A stretch of 64,000 nt of DNA, taken from assembly GCA_951406725.2 (NCBI GenBank), contig OX597834.1, positions 8,556,001-8,620,000 on the forward strand, in the 5' to 3' direction. Source of the stretch: Octopus vulgaris. Its lineage: Eukaryota. Under the pieces are notes generated by a model. The model was not told where the DNA came from, did not search any database, and saw only the letters and a list, made by a program, of their open reading frames with translations. The stretch's first letter is position 1. Every line of letters begins with the position of its first letter. The position numbers and the translations under genes are program-made. Positions 26,290-39,345 of the stretch are shown piece after piece.

Positions 26290-28480
26290 GGAATAGTGGT
26301 GATGTCTAAATCTCAATAATGCATGCAAACATTTACTAATTAGGTCACGATCGTGTCTATAACGTTCATTGAGAGATATGACCCGATGTTTTGCTGCACA
26401 ATCAAATAAAATGCGTACTTTGTCCGGGTTTTTCTTTTATCAGAGATGTCAATGATGAAGAAGATACAATATAGGTTCAGCACTATGAATTTTCCCTGTA
26501 GGGAACAACCTCAGCATATCAATTGCTAACTAACTTGTTCATTTCTAAATCGTATCTTTGAACAAGATCTTGCCTTTCATGTTTCCTTAATTAACTACTA
26601 CATAATTATTTGGCAATGTTTCATCCCTATCTTTCTTGGGAATTAGTAACTTATAATGACCATCCACTTTCAAACATTCCCTATCCCATAATTCAATTAC
26701 TGAATGATTATCTTGCAATCAACCAACTTCATGAATTCGTTCGTTTTTCCAATTTCCATCATACATGTATGTTATTTGCAACTACACAGGGTGACATAGT
26801 AACAAATGTAGATATGACTTGACGACTAAATGTTTTAACCGATGTCTGTCCATTGCTACACCAACCGAAGATTTTTCTAATTGCAAAGGGTTCACCTTTC
26901 TTACCCTTACGTACTTCTAATGGTATAGAGACTTCCGCATGGTCTTGACCTAGTAACAGGTATACTTGGCATTCACTATCAAAATATTGCAACCTAGTAA
27001 CAACAGGTGTTCATGTTTGCTCAAATTTATCTGTGCTGTTTTTGCTGAGATTTCATCAACCACTTATACACCAGATATCTCTAAACTATTATCATATTCA
27101 GTACACAAACATACACTGACCGTTTCTGACTCAGCAGATGATTGGGTCATTCACATCTGAAGAAGGTTTAGCAGCGAACTCTACCAGAAAATTGAATTTG
27201 CGATAAACTCCCTTGGAACATTTATATTCAAGAGCACGTTTCTTCCATTTAATTTTTAAATAAGGTTGTAAACGGCTAACGATGTTCAAAATGTTAGAAT
27301 TGTAAATTCACACCTTGGGTCAGGTTTAGCATTATGAAAATCATCTTAGAATTTTGCAGATTGTCCCCTAGTTTCTGCGACACATGTGGCGCTTTCAGTG
27401 GTTAATTGTTTCAGAAAATTGAGGAATAACTCGGCTACGAAGTGGGAATTGCTAAAAACTATTTTTTTCAAGAATAGCGAGTGCTTGTTGATATCCTACC
27501 ACACCACTGATTAAGAGACAGCCCCTAATAGCCTCTCTCGCAGAACCTTGTGTATAATGAATTAAACGAGTTACATTGAAATTATTTTCTGCACAAATCG
27601 AATCAACTTTGAGTTGAAACGATTTAATAAATTTGTGATACATGAGCGAATCGCAATTGAAAGTTTGCAACCCTACTTTTGGCATTTATGAGCTTGTAAG
27701 TACTTATTTTATCGGTCTCTTTTGCCGAACCGCTAAGTAACGGGGACATAAACACGCCAGCACTGGTTGTCAAGCAATGCTAGGGGGACAAACACAGACA
27801 CACAAACACATACACATACATATATACATATATACGACGGGCTTCTTTTCAGTTTCCGTCTTCCAAATCCACTCACAAGGCTTTGGTCGGCCCGAGGCTA
27901 TAGTAGAAGACACTTGCCCAAGTTGCCACGCAGTGGGACTGAACCCGGAACCATGTGGTTGGTAAGCAAGCCACTTACCACACAGCCACTCCTGCGCCTA
28001 TATAAATCATTTATTTCAACATAAGGTTCTTCAACCACACGTTCTAAAATGTTGGGCTTTATATCTTTGAATGCATATTTTATCGTTTATAAAATATTCA
28101 TATAGTCGCTCTCCACACTGAAGAAATACGTTTCACTTTCCTCAACCCCATTTTCATCTTGTATTTCATGAAAAGCGTTATGAGCCTCGGAATCTTTTCA
28201 ACGAGTATTTTATTTTTTTCCTTTATCTTCAAGAACAACTAAAGTGTCTTCCCCAATGCATTGTTTTACATAATTTGCTCCAAGTGTCATGGCTGTCTAA
28301 GTCAATGTCCTTTCTGTTTCGAAATTGCCATTATAAGCCTTATGACATTCTGAAGAATCACTGGAATAAATTCACTTTTCAACTTCTTTTCAACAACTGG
28401 AATTCCTCTTCAAAGTGTTTGTGTTCTGTTGTTGCTGCTTCCTGTAGAAATCTAGGCGAGCGGGGCCACAATCACCACTG
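26290..28480 (-). mobile_element. Decayed BEL/Pao LTR retrotransposon (gag, protease region, start of RT)
   Basis: Gag-like MPKVGLQTFNCDSLMYHKFIKSF...RLIHYTQGSAREAIRGC....GYQQALAIL at 27452-27685. VYLLLGQDHAEVSIPLEVRKGKKGEPFAIRKIFGW at 26759-26992. KNPDKVRILFDCAAKHRVISLNE..HDRDLISKCLHALLRFR at about 26305-26433, equivalent to KPGKVRVVFDCAA...SLN..L..GPDL...L..VLLRFR. The domains are colinear. Confidence 0.9.
27693..27999 (-). mobile_element. SINE family A (3'-truncated) inserted in the BEL/Pao gag
   Basis: agtacttattttatcggtctc...cacagccactcctgcgcc lies immediately upstream of the gag fragment. Confidence 0.92.
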
Positions 28481-28881
28481 TGATAGCAAAGACGAACAAT
28501 GGCTAAATCTTTGGAGCGCTTTATTTTCTACTCATACGATACAATAGGCACGTGTACCGTGTGTACATACATGTGTACGGCAAGTGTACGGCAGGTGTAC
28601 GTAGAAAAACTTTGTCGGCTCATCATTATAGAAGTAGCACAAAATTTCTCAGGTTAACAAAAAGATGCAAAATATATATATATAAATAAATCAAAGATGA
28701 CAGCGTGTTTTTGAGATATAGGTGGACACAAAAGTCATCCGGAAAACAAAACAACTTCGATCACAGATAGGCACAGTAAGTGACACACTTCGGACAAGTT
28801 GTAAAACTAAGACTAAATGATAAAACTAGTGAACACACACACACACACACAGAGACTCACATACACACACACACAAAGACT

Positions 28882-28955
<74 letters not shown>

Positions 28956-29440
28956 GAGTGCATAGAAAGAAATTTTCATCGTCTATATGCTGAGAAATAG
29001 ACAGTAAACCGTCTCACCACTAAAGAAGTCACAAACACATTTGTTGAATTCGAGGGAAGAAGCCAACGCAAATTATTTTTTAAAAATAGATAGCAATGGA
29101 TTTGTTAATTTCTGGATTCACCCAGTGGCATGATGCTTCTTATTCAACAATTGTGGCTTCTAAGGTGGTAAGACGATTTAGCGTTTTTTCTCAACAAAGA
29201 GGCTATGAAATTTTCGTTTTAAGTCCTCATTATAATTATACATATAATTTCACTTTAATTGCTCTAACGTTTTAAAAAGAATTTGTCATTTGTTATATCT
29301 ATACAGGCGAAGATGTGTAGTAAAACTCTTTTTCTTTCCAAACATAAGGCCTGGCGTACAGTCCCAGCTTGGATAAATGTCTTTTACTACATGTTCAGGC
29401 CGAACAAAATTTTCTAAATGACGGAAACTGAAAATGCCTG

Positions 29441-29498
<58 letters not shown>

Positions 29499-29764
29499 AT
29501 ATGAGTGTATGTGTGTACATCTCTCTCTCTATCTTTATGTATATATATGTATACATATGTGAGTGTGTGTATGGGTGTATACATACATATATCTATTCAT
29601 TTAATTGATTCTGTCATTTGACTGCGGCAATACAAGAGAACCGCCTTCAAGCGTTTTTTAATTGAAGAAATGGACCTTAGGACTTCTTCTTTGTAATCCT
29701 GGTATTTATTTTACAGGTCTCTTTCGCCAAAATGATAAGATACGTTGACATAAACACAACATCA

Positions 29765-29980
29765 TTAGCGAGCCGGTAGAATGGCTCGCACTATAGGGAA
29801 AATGCTTTGCGGCATTTCGTCCGTCTTCACGTTTTGAGTTCAAATTTCGCCAAGGTCGACTTTGCCTTTCGTCCTTCCAAGTTTGATGAAATAAGAAGTA
29901 GTTGAGCGATAAGTTCGATTTATTCGACTTGGCCCCTTCCCCAAACCTGCTGGCATTGTGCAAAAATTTGAAACCAATAT
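29765..29980 (+). mobile_element. SINE family B, old-tail variant
   Basis: gcgagccggtagaatggctcgcac..gagttcaaatttcgccaaggtcgactttgcctttc..ggcattgtgcaaaaatttgaaaccaata. Confidence 0.8.
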
Positions 29981-30284
29981 GTAATGAAATATCTGGGTTC
30001 TGCCATAACTTGTTTGAATAAATATTATTTCAAAATTTTGAGGAAGAATTTAATGAAATTAATATCCTCTTAACTCCACCGTGATCAGCATCACTTGAAC
30101 TGCGAAACGTCGACAACAACACTTAGTATATTAATATAAGAGTCCTCTGAACTCACTATAAGAAAATGTGCCACTTTCATATTCTCAATGCTTTATATAT
30201 ATATAGAGAGGGAGATTAAATATGATTTACATAAAAATAATTGTAATTTCTGAGTCCTCAATCAGCATCAGAATAAGTTATTTA

Positions 30285-30512
30285 TTTACTCTTTACTCTT
30301 TTTACTCTTTTATTTGTTTCAGTCATTTGATCGTGGCCATGCTGGAGCACCGCCTTTAGTCGAGCAAATCGACCCCAGGACTTATTCTTTGTAAGCCTAG
30401 TACTTATTCTATCGGTCTCTTTTGCCGAACCGCTAAGTGTCGGGGACGTAAACACACCAGCATCGGTTGTCAAGCGATGTTGGGGGGAGAAACACACACA
30501 CACAAACATATG

Positions 30513-30582
<70 letters not shown>

Positions 30583-30742
30583 TACGACGGGCTTCTTTCA
30601 GTTTCCGTCTACCAAATCCACTCACAAGGCTTTGGTCGGCCCCAGGCTATAGTAGAAGACACTTGCCCAAGATGCCACGCATTGGGATTGAATCCGGAAC
30701 CATGTGGTTCGTAAGCAAGCTACTTACCACACAGCCACTCCT
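30285..30742 (-). mobile_element. SINE family A, near full length
   Basis: Reverse complement of the consensus, with an internal (CA)n(TA)n tract. Confidence 0.95.
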
Positions 30743-31209
30743 ATTCGTTTATTTTTATTATTTTTCTGGACGTGTGTATTCTTTTATCTGTCCTGGAAAG
30801 TACAGAATTCAAAGTCGATCATAAATTCTGATCTTACAATATAAAGAAAGCAAAAACAAATAACCGAAGAGATTCGGTCTCCATTCTATCAATACTAATA
30901 AATTGGAAGATTTTTAGAATTTAATTCATTAAAAATATACCCAAACATATGTAGATCGACATACGTCAAGTGATGTTGCATTGGTCTAGTTGCATACAAT
31001 GAATAGGATGGGAGAAAGTTCTTTATCCTGGATGAAGCGTCGTAAATGGTATCGAAATGCGGTCTTTTTATATCTCTATATTCTGGAATAACTTTTTTTT
31101 ATTAGAATTATTTCTGAGTGAGTTCAATTAGTTAAAGTGCAGCTGAAGTAAATAAAATATAACATAGAAACGCTCATTTTATCAAAAGAAATATATCGAT
31201 AATCTAGTT

Positions 31210-31460
<251 letters not shown>

Positions 31461-32929
31461 TATACACGCACACTCTCTCACACACACACACACGTATATA
31501 TGTGTGTATTATCTTGTATTCTATCATATGGCTTTAAAACATATTTTCTAATGTAGTCTGAGATACGACGTTTGCTTAAGCGGAGTCTCGTAGAGTTCAT
31601 ATAAAAGTCAATAAATAAAGAGCTGTATGAATTAAAATTCTCCTATGTTATAATAAGTAAAAATTCGTTAGTCTTATACACACGCTTCGACACAGGCTTT
31701 TATGTGCATAAGTACAAACAAATATACACACATACGCACACTGATACACATAGTACAATGACCGCGCTGAGGTACACTGATATTAAAGTCAGATGTTTCT
31801 TAAGCGATTGAATTCTAATAAATCACCATCCAATAAAATTCCCGTTATTTACTTATGATAAGTAAACATCTCAACAAGTCTATCCAGACATATACTCATT
31901 CAAACATATATACCCACCCGTACACACCAACGCACATATCTATTTTCTTACCGAAAACAGATATGTGTATCTAAGCGTGCGTGTGTGAGCGTGTCTGTGC
32001 GGATTCTTCGTTTTTTTGTGTATCGGTGTGAAAGTGAGTGTGTCTATAACTATAAAGTGAGTGCTTAAAGACAGTCGGACACCAAGAACGTTAAATATAC
32101 AAAACAAATATATACGAAATTAAAACCAACTTCGCCATCTGACTTTTCAATATCCAAGCTTGAATACAATCAATTAAACTAAAGTACAGTGTATATATTA
32201 GTCTGAACACGTAACATGATTTACATCCTCATGTCTCCGCTATACGTTATGTTTATTTTATTCATTCTAGTTGTTGTTATAGTTCTAGATTAATCATAAA
32301 CCAACTGCTTCATATCTGTAATTCAAATACCGTATCTTCTCAAGTCAAATAAATTTGGTAAAGAAAGCAAATTTATGAAATTTAAGAAAACTTGTCTGGT
32401 TCTGTGAGTTAACAAGTATTAATGAATAACTCGGAGGAAATGAAATGTGTTCATTTTGATAAGAAGTTTATAGTTTAATTACACATTTACTAACTCAATT
32501 CATCCCCCATTCGTTCTTCTCTTATTTACTTTTTTGTGGGTTTGGATTAAGTCGATCTTTATTGTATATAATTCCAAATTTTCTATTCCTTTTATCATTT
32601 AAATAGTTTAATTCATTCGAGTGAAATTATTTTGGTGCAGAAACCTCAAGGATTTAGATATATATATTGTATAAATTAGTTCTCCATGTGAGCTTCTTAA
32701 GGCACCTATCTAGCGGACTCATTAGCACGTCTGAGCTAGCTTCCGATTTTTACTTTTGATTTACGTTCTGAGTTTAAATTTCAGCGGGATTAATTATGTT
32801 CTTCTTTTTAGGGGTCAACAACATAAGTATCACATGGTTGCTAGGTAATTTTGGGGGTATTGTTCATCAGAAAGTGAAACAAGATGATATTTGCGGGAGG
32901 TTATGTATTCTGAGATACTGCTAATATGA

Positions 32930-33371
32930 TGGATCTGTGAGTCATCAGTAACGAGATAGATGTCTCACCTTTCTCACAGGACTTTAAACTCTATGTTGTT
33001 TACTACACACAGGTGTTATAGAACGATGTGAGGGACTTTAGAGGCGGAGTATGCAACGGAAGGCCAGACACCTTGCAAGACGTCTGTACCGTTACACAAG
33101 GTAATAAAAGCAAAAGTTTGATGAATGTCAATCTCCATGATTTTATTATCCCAGAACCATGGACTTCTGGCTGACCATACCTCAATCTACTGGACAATTA
33201 CGTATTGGGAGTAGACGCGAGAAAGATCAATCAGCAACCTATAACACCATACAATCTCTGAAGTCCGCAATAACGAACACTATATCGAAAAATCGACTGA
33301 TTCGGGAATATCAACGCTTTGAAACCCGGACTAAAGCAGACATCGATACTAACGGTGGATTCCTCAATTAG
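32930..33371 (+). mobile_element. Tc1/mariner-superfamily transposase C-terminal remnant (maT/DD37D-like)
   Basis: VCNGRPDTLQD...NLHDFIIPEPWTSG*PYLNLLDNYVL / GVDARKINQQPYNTIQSLKSAIT..LIREYQRFETRTKADIDTNGGFLN*. This matches GRPYVFQQD..WPPSSPDLNPLDYYVWGV.ERK.N..PHNTI.SLK.AI...RF..R..A.I...GGFIE. Confidence 0.75.
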
Positions 33372-34665
33372 ATGTGAAAAAGCGATTCTCAAGTTTATAT
33401 GTTCCTATTTGCTGCAGCTTTTCTTTGATAATCTATGCCTCTTTAAATTCATGCAAATGACATCAAAAGGCACACCTTGGCAATATGATGAGGTTTTGTT
33501 TTCAGTTTCCGCCCAACGAATCCACTCACATGGCTTTGATAGAAAATGTTGAAGACCTTTTCTTTGAGCCACGTAAAGAAACCGAACCAGAGACCAAATC
33601 GTTGTATAGCAATCACATTATCACACGGCCATGACTATGTGTATATTAATGTTCCTATGAACCCACAACACCTTTTAAAGAATGTTCCAGTGCTAAGTTA
33701 TACCTATTTTCTGGAGAAATTGCAATGTAGATGTTATTGGAAAGTGACCAAATAAAGTACAGATCGAACTGTTGACCATGAGTTCAAATATTCCCTCAGC
33801 ACTTATGCAATTAACATAGTTGCCGAATTAGCGATGGCGGCGGTTGTAGTTTTGGTTGGTGCAGGTTGTAGTATGGTGAAACCCATGATTCATTTTATAA
33901 CACTGTTTTCCCGTCATCGCATAATTACTTCTAGTTAGCATATATAATGCCGAGATCATTAAATATGATAATACTAAGTTAAGTATTGATTTTTCTCCGA
34001 GCGGATAACTTCTCTGAATTATTAACTTCCTAATCATTTTTTTTTACATTTACGCAAATAAAATCTTGAATATTTACTTCGTAGTTCTTTCAAAACTTTT
34101 TTCAGTAGGTGAGCGATGAAGTTATCTAATTTTTTTTCTCTAGCTTGAATAAGGCAAAACATGTCTGGAGTTATCTTCCGTTCTTAGAATAATATTAAAT
34201 GGATATACAAGAAAAAGAATTGCTTTGATATAATGCAATTTCTGGCGGATTAATCTTTTATAGACAATGTTTTTTATTGGTTCGCGAATTAAATACGCTG
34301 AAACTAAATTTAATAGGTTTTTAAAATGACTCAGAGGCAAAAAGAGCTTTTCAAGACAATTCTATTAAGTTAATGCCTGTATGTTTAATTTAATTCTCAT
34401 ACGAATACGAAATGCAAATAATTGTGTTGCATGGAAGTGAAGGTATTCAGTAAATGACTAACAGTATTTTTATGTTCCAGTAACAACTGGAATCAGTTGA
34501 ATTGATGTTTAGGTTTCATAAGGCATCCTCGTCGAAAGAAATACTCATTATATACAGCATTATAGTTGGAAGCATAAGGAACAGGAGTTTGTATAGTGAA
34601 CCAAAACGGGATTATAACAGTAACATGATTCACAAATGTTACATTCAGACAAGTGATTTATATAC

Positions 34666-34696
<31 letters not shown>

Positions 34697-34900
34697 TGAA
34701 GGGAAAGTTTAAGAAAATAAACAAAAAACGAAGGCAAGTGGTGTGCAAACAAACAGATGTATTAGTATAGCGCTCAGGAATAGAAAAAGTATTTTACGTT
34801 TCGAGCCTAGGCTCTTCTACAGAAAGGGACACAAAAAAATCAAGGAGAGAAACAAGGAGAGAAAAAATGTCTGTAGTGGCTAATGATCTATCATGGTGAT
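34697..34900 (-). mobile_element. Short element adjacent to (TA)n with a minimal hammerhead-like motif (34790-34827)
   Basis: Minus strand: cttt-CTGTAGA-agagc-ctag-gctc-GAAA-cg-TA-aaa. Same family as 48390-48555. Confidence 0.7.
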
Positions 34901-34929
34901 ATATATCCACAAGGACAACATAATTTTAA

Positions 34930-35084
34930 CATATGGAGTCGCTTACGAACCACATGGTTCCGGGTTCAGTCCCACTGCGTGGAAGCTTGGACAAGTGCCT
35001 CCTTCTATTGCCACGGGCCGACCAAATCCTTGTAAGTGGATTTGGTAGACGGAAATTGACAGAAGCCTGTCGTATATATATATG

Positions 35085-35125
<41 letters not shown>

Positions 35126-35315
35126 ATGCGGGTGTGTATATATTTCTGTATCTGTGTGTGTACCCCCAACATCGCTTGACAACCGGTTCGTCAAAAGACA
35201 CCGATAGAGTACGTACTAGGCTTACAAAGAAGTCCTGGGGTCGATTTGCTGGACTAAAGGCGGTGCTCCAGCATAGCCAAAGTCAACTGACTGAAACAAT
35301 TAAAATAGTAAAATA
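34930..35315 (+). mobile_element. SINE family A with internal deletions
   Basis: aaccacatggttccgggttcagtcccactgcgtgg...ggcggtgctccagcat. Confidence 0.9.
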
Positions 35316-36334
35316 GTACAATTGCAAATAGTTAACCTAATTACTGTTTGCTAATTGTTTGCCATTATAAGTACAACGTGTGCTTTGAAAGAGACCGATG
35401 CTATATTAAGTTGCATTGTGGAAATTTGATGCCAGAATGGTTAAACGTTACACACTGTAGGTCTTTTACGATAGGTATGCGGCTTTTTTTCTTTTTTTTT
35501 TTGCTTTAAGTGTAGAGAATGTGGTTTTTCCAAGAGCAATAACCATAGTAAATAAAATTATTTATATTCAACCAAAGCATGAAGAGAATCTTTCAAGTGT
35601 CAGCTGACATTTCGTTTTCGTTCTACCATACAATAGACCACATCAAAACTGTTTGTTTAATTTTAGGGAACTGACAATATGCTTCATGCGAGTAAAAATC
35701 GATTGATTCTAGGTTTTATTTCTCCCATTGGAACAAAGCCAATGCAAAACATTCATACGTTCCCAAAGAAGTTAATTAGCATCATAAGTGATGTTAATTG
35801 GAATCAAGCAGGAATCGAAACAGTGCTGTGATATAAAGTGTAAAATAAAATAAAAAAATTAAAATCACGAAATTCAATAGATTTTCCCTTAACACTACAA
35901 GCCTCGTCCCACTATTAGTAATATTGATTTCTTATCTGGTACCTACTTTTTCGATATCATAATTACGAGAACAACAAGAGGGCGAATCAGACTTTTATAC
36001 TGGAAATGTAAAGAGAAGTGAGTAAGATTTTTTGAACAATTTACTCCGGTGATCCAACATTTGAGCAAAAACAACTAACATTTGATAATGAATGCATCTA
36101 GCTTTGACTGACGCACGTATATGATCGAGTATAACAGACATAGTATATACACATAGTGCATATACATACATACTTATATAAGCATACAAATGTATGTCCG
36201 TGTGTGTGTGTTTGTGTATGTATGTGTGTGTATCTGTGTGTGCATACATACACATATGTATATGTACTCTTACATATAAATGTAAATATATATGTATACA
36301 CACCAACCCACATACACACATATATATATAGTGA

Positions 36335-36744
36335 GAGAGTTTCAGATGAATATTGTACTTAAGTCAAAGGCATTAGAATTTGGTGTGGTATTATCCATAT
36401 AAATCAAATGGGGTGATTATAATCAAAATAAGCAACAAGGATATCCACATTAGAGTAGTACAATTGTTTCATGCTACTTCATTTTATCAAACACTGTAAG
36501 TATTACATCAGTTTTAAAATGTCGAGCAATCTTCAGCCACTTATACAATTTTCCAATCAGACGGACAATGCACATTCTTATCCCTATTTCATTTGCCAAC
36601 ATTATAACGAGAGTAGATATATATCTACCCTCCGTTTGATTGGAAAATTCTATAAGTGACTGAAGATTGTTCGACATTTTAAAACTGATGTTTTAAACAA
36701 GTGTACTACTCCACCTTGGATATACTCGTTGCTTATTTTGATTA
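36335..36744. mobile_element. Fold-back element with inverted hammerhead-bearing arms (36418-36565 / 36631-36744), probable PLE terminal repeat
   Basis: The arms are reverse complements; the right arm lacks about 35 nt. The unpaired tail 36335-36417 is shared with the 13430 copy, and the flanks are TA-rich. Confidence 0.85.
36454..36541 (-). ncRNA. Type I hammerhead ribozyme motif with intact core and large loop II
   Basis: Minus strand: agtgg-CTGAAGA-ttgct..(about 50 nt)..agcat-GAAA-caattg-TA-ctact. Stem I is agtgg/ctact, stem II is tgct/agca, stem III is the palindrome ACAATTGT, and the cleavage triplet is GUA. Confidence 0.75.
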
Positions 36745-36811
36745 TATATATATCTAAATAGTTATCGCCAAGCTAATATGGCAGTCCATAAAATATAGGA
36801 CGAAAGTTGCC

Positions 36812-36851
<40 letters not shown>

Positions 36852-37249
36852 TACTCTTTTACTCTTTTACTTGTTTCAGTCATTTGACTGCGGCCATGCT
36901 GGAGCACCGCCTATAGTCGACCAAATCGACCCCGGGACTTATTCTTTGTAAGCCCAGTACTTATTCTATCGGTCTCTTTGCCGAACCGCTAAGTGACGGG
37001 GACGTAAACACACCAGCATCGGTTGTCAAGCAATGCTAGGGGGACAAACACAGACACGCAAACACACATATACATATATATATACATATATACGACGGGC
37101 TTCTTTCAGTTTCCGTCTACCAAATCCACTCACAAGGCATTGGTCGGCCCGGGGCTATAGTAGAAGACACTTGCCCAAGGTGCCACGCAGTGTGACTGAA
37201 CCCGGAACCATATGGTTGGTTAGCAAGCTACTTACCACACAGCCACTCC
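36852..37249 (-). mobile_element. SINE family A, young copy between (TA)n tracts
   Basis: Near-consensus reverse complement with (TA)n on both sides. Confidence 0.95.
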
Positions 37250-37455
37250 ATATATATATATATATATTTAGGTATAAAAATTATATATAAAGAAACAAGA
37301 ACGGGAAATACACAAAGGGACGAACACAGAAAACAGACGGGTCATTCGAAGCCTTTAATCTTCAGTCAGAAACCGGATCATCATAGCAAAGTTCGGCTGA
37401 CACACAAGCAGGACACACAGTTAGATACAAAAGACTTCACGTATCTATACATATA

Positions 37456-38133
37456 CGAGGTCTGACCAATAAGTCGCCGGACAGTTGTCAGAATAACAGA
37501 TCTAAAACACTAAGAGTGAAGTCGCTTGGCAAAGATTGACCTTTGAAGCTGCTGCGCATGCGCACTAAGTTTTACGTACAGGCTCACTTCCGCTGTTTAC
37601 ATCAATGCTTGGAAGGAAAGTTGTAGCGTGCGATCGTCGCATTGACCATGGCAGAGAACGTTGCCATGGCGATACCTGCTCGGATGCCTACGTAATGTTG
37701 GAGAACGTGTAGGGAGGGGAGTGTATGAGCGCACACTGAAAAATACATCGCAGGTGTCCTTGCAGCTGTGAAGGGAAATCGTCGAATTACCATCTGTGAC
37801 TTATCAGAGGATGTACAGATTAGATACGATTCTGTTTAGTCCATTATCACTGAAGATAGGCGTATGAGACGCGTGTCTGCCCAGTTTGTGCTAAAACTAC
37901 TTTCAGCTGACCAAAGGGATACTCAGGTTTCGAGAACGAGGAAAACTTTTAGGAAAATTGCGTTCGCTTGTGAGCAGGTATCGCTATGATTTTTGAAAAA
38001 TTTGATGCATATTTTCTTATCAACTTTCTCTGCCATGGTCAATGTACGATCACATACGCTACAAACGTTGGTTTCAAGCACTGCTATAAATTGTGGAAGT
38101 AAGCTAAAATGTTAAAACTCAGTGCGTATGCAC
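37456..38133 (+). mobile_element. Mariner-derived non-autonomous element with long subterminal inverted arms
   Basis: TA|cgaggtctgaccaataagt looks like a TIR start. The interior reads KYIAGVLAAVKGNRRITICDLSEDVQIRYDSV*SIITEDRRMRRVSAQFVLKLLSADQR (mariner HTH plus the linker equivalent to WVPHEL). 38021-38133 is the reverse complement of about 37553-37664. Confidence 0.8.
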
Positions 38134-38905
38134 TGTTGTTGTTTTTAAGCAAAGTCATTATGCCAAAATTATTAACACATGCTCCGGTTCAATTTCTCTC
38201 CTCTCTTCTTAGTCAATTGGTTAAAGATGCAACTAAATAATCGATTATCGATTATTAGTTTAACTTATGTAAAAAAGGTCGTTCACATTTATCTGTTTTT
38301 CTTTCTATTTCTGAAACCAATCAAGGTTCTTTCTTGCTAATTGCAATCTCTTCAGTGACTTTTATTCCGTTACGGAGGCCGAGTTTGTTTTTCCTTGAGA
38401 ATTTGTTGCGTGCCACTGAGTGTGTGCCAATGTGCGCATGCGCTTGCATTTTTGTGTATGTATGTATGTATTTATGTATGCTTCTGCATGTGTGTACTCC
38501 CTTGTGCTTGTGTCTGTATGTGTGTGTATTTCTGGCTTTGTGGACGGGTATGCTTGCGTGAGTTTGTGAGTGTGAGTTTATATGCGTGTGTGCAAGTGCG
38601 CCTGTTGTGCATGCATGTGTGTATAACTGTCTGCATATGCTAGGTATGTGTATGCCCTGTATGTATATATGTGTGCGTGTGTTCGCGTGCATGTATGTGT
38701 GTGCCCGTGTGTGCCCGTGTGCGTAGTGTTTCTGTGTGTTTAACTGCATGTCTACCTATTTAATAATCTATCTATCTACATACCTACCTAACAACCTAGT
38801 TATATATGTATAAATTTTCGTGGGATCGATAAGAGTATCCAACACAGGGATTTGTGATGTGTCTCATCGATCTCGTTTGTGTAGTGATATGTGTGATGTC
38901 GCAAG

Positions 38906-39345
38906 GGGGCTAGCTGGTAGAAACGTTAGCATGCCGGGCAAAATGCTTAGCAGTATTTCGTCTACCTTTACGTTCTGAGTTCAAATTCCGCCGAGGTCGA
39001 CTTAGCCTTTCATCGAAAGATACTCCAGGAATGAGAACCCGGGTTCTCAGAGAAGTCGATTAATAGATCTCATTTTTGATACACGTCGCAAGTGGGTGAG
39101 CTGGGAGAAACCTTAGCACGCCGAGAGAAATGCTTAGCAGTATTTCGTCTACCTTTACGTTCTGAGTTCAAATTCCGCCGAGGTCGACTTAGCCTTTCAT
39201 CGAAAAATACCTCAGGAATGAGAACAAAGGTTCGCAATTTCCCCGAGACACCTGATGATTGGTGGAGGGTAAATCAGCCGAACGGTTGTGTTAATAGCAA
39301 ACAAGATGAGGACAAGCATCCGTCAAATGTAAATAATGTAAATGC
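38906..39345 (+). mobile_element. Two tandem chimeras: family B tRNA head fused to a hammerhead-bearing module
   Basis: The B head runs to gcctttcatc and then switches to gaaa(g/a)atac..caggaatgagaac in both copies. The second copy continues gacac-CTGATGA-..cagcc-GAA-cgg-TT-gtgtt and ends aatgtaaataatgtaaat. Confidence 0.8.
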
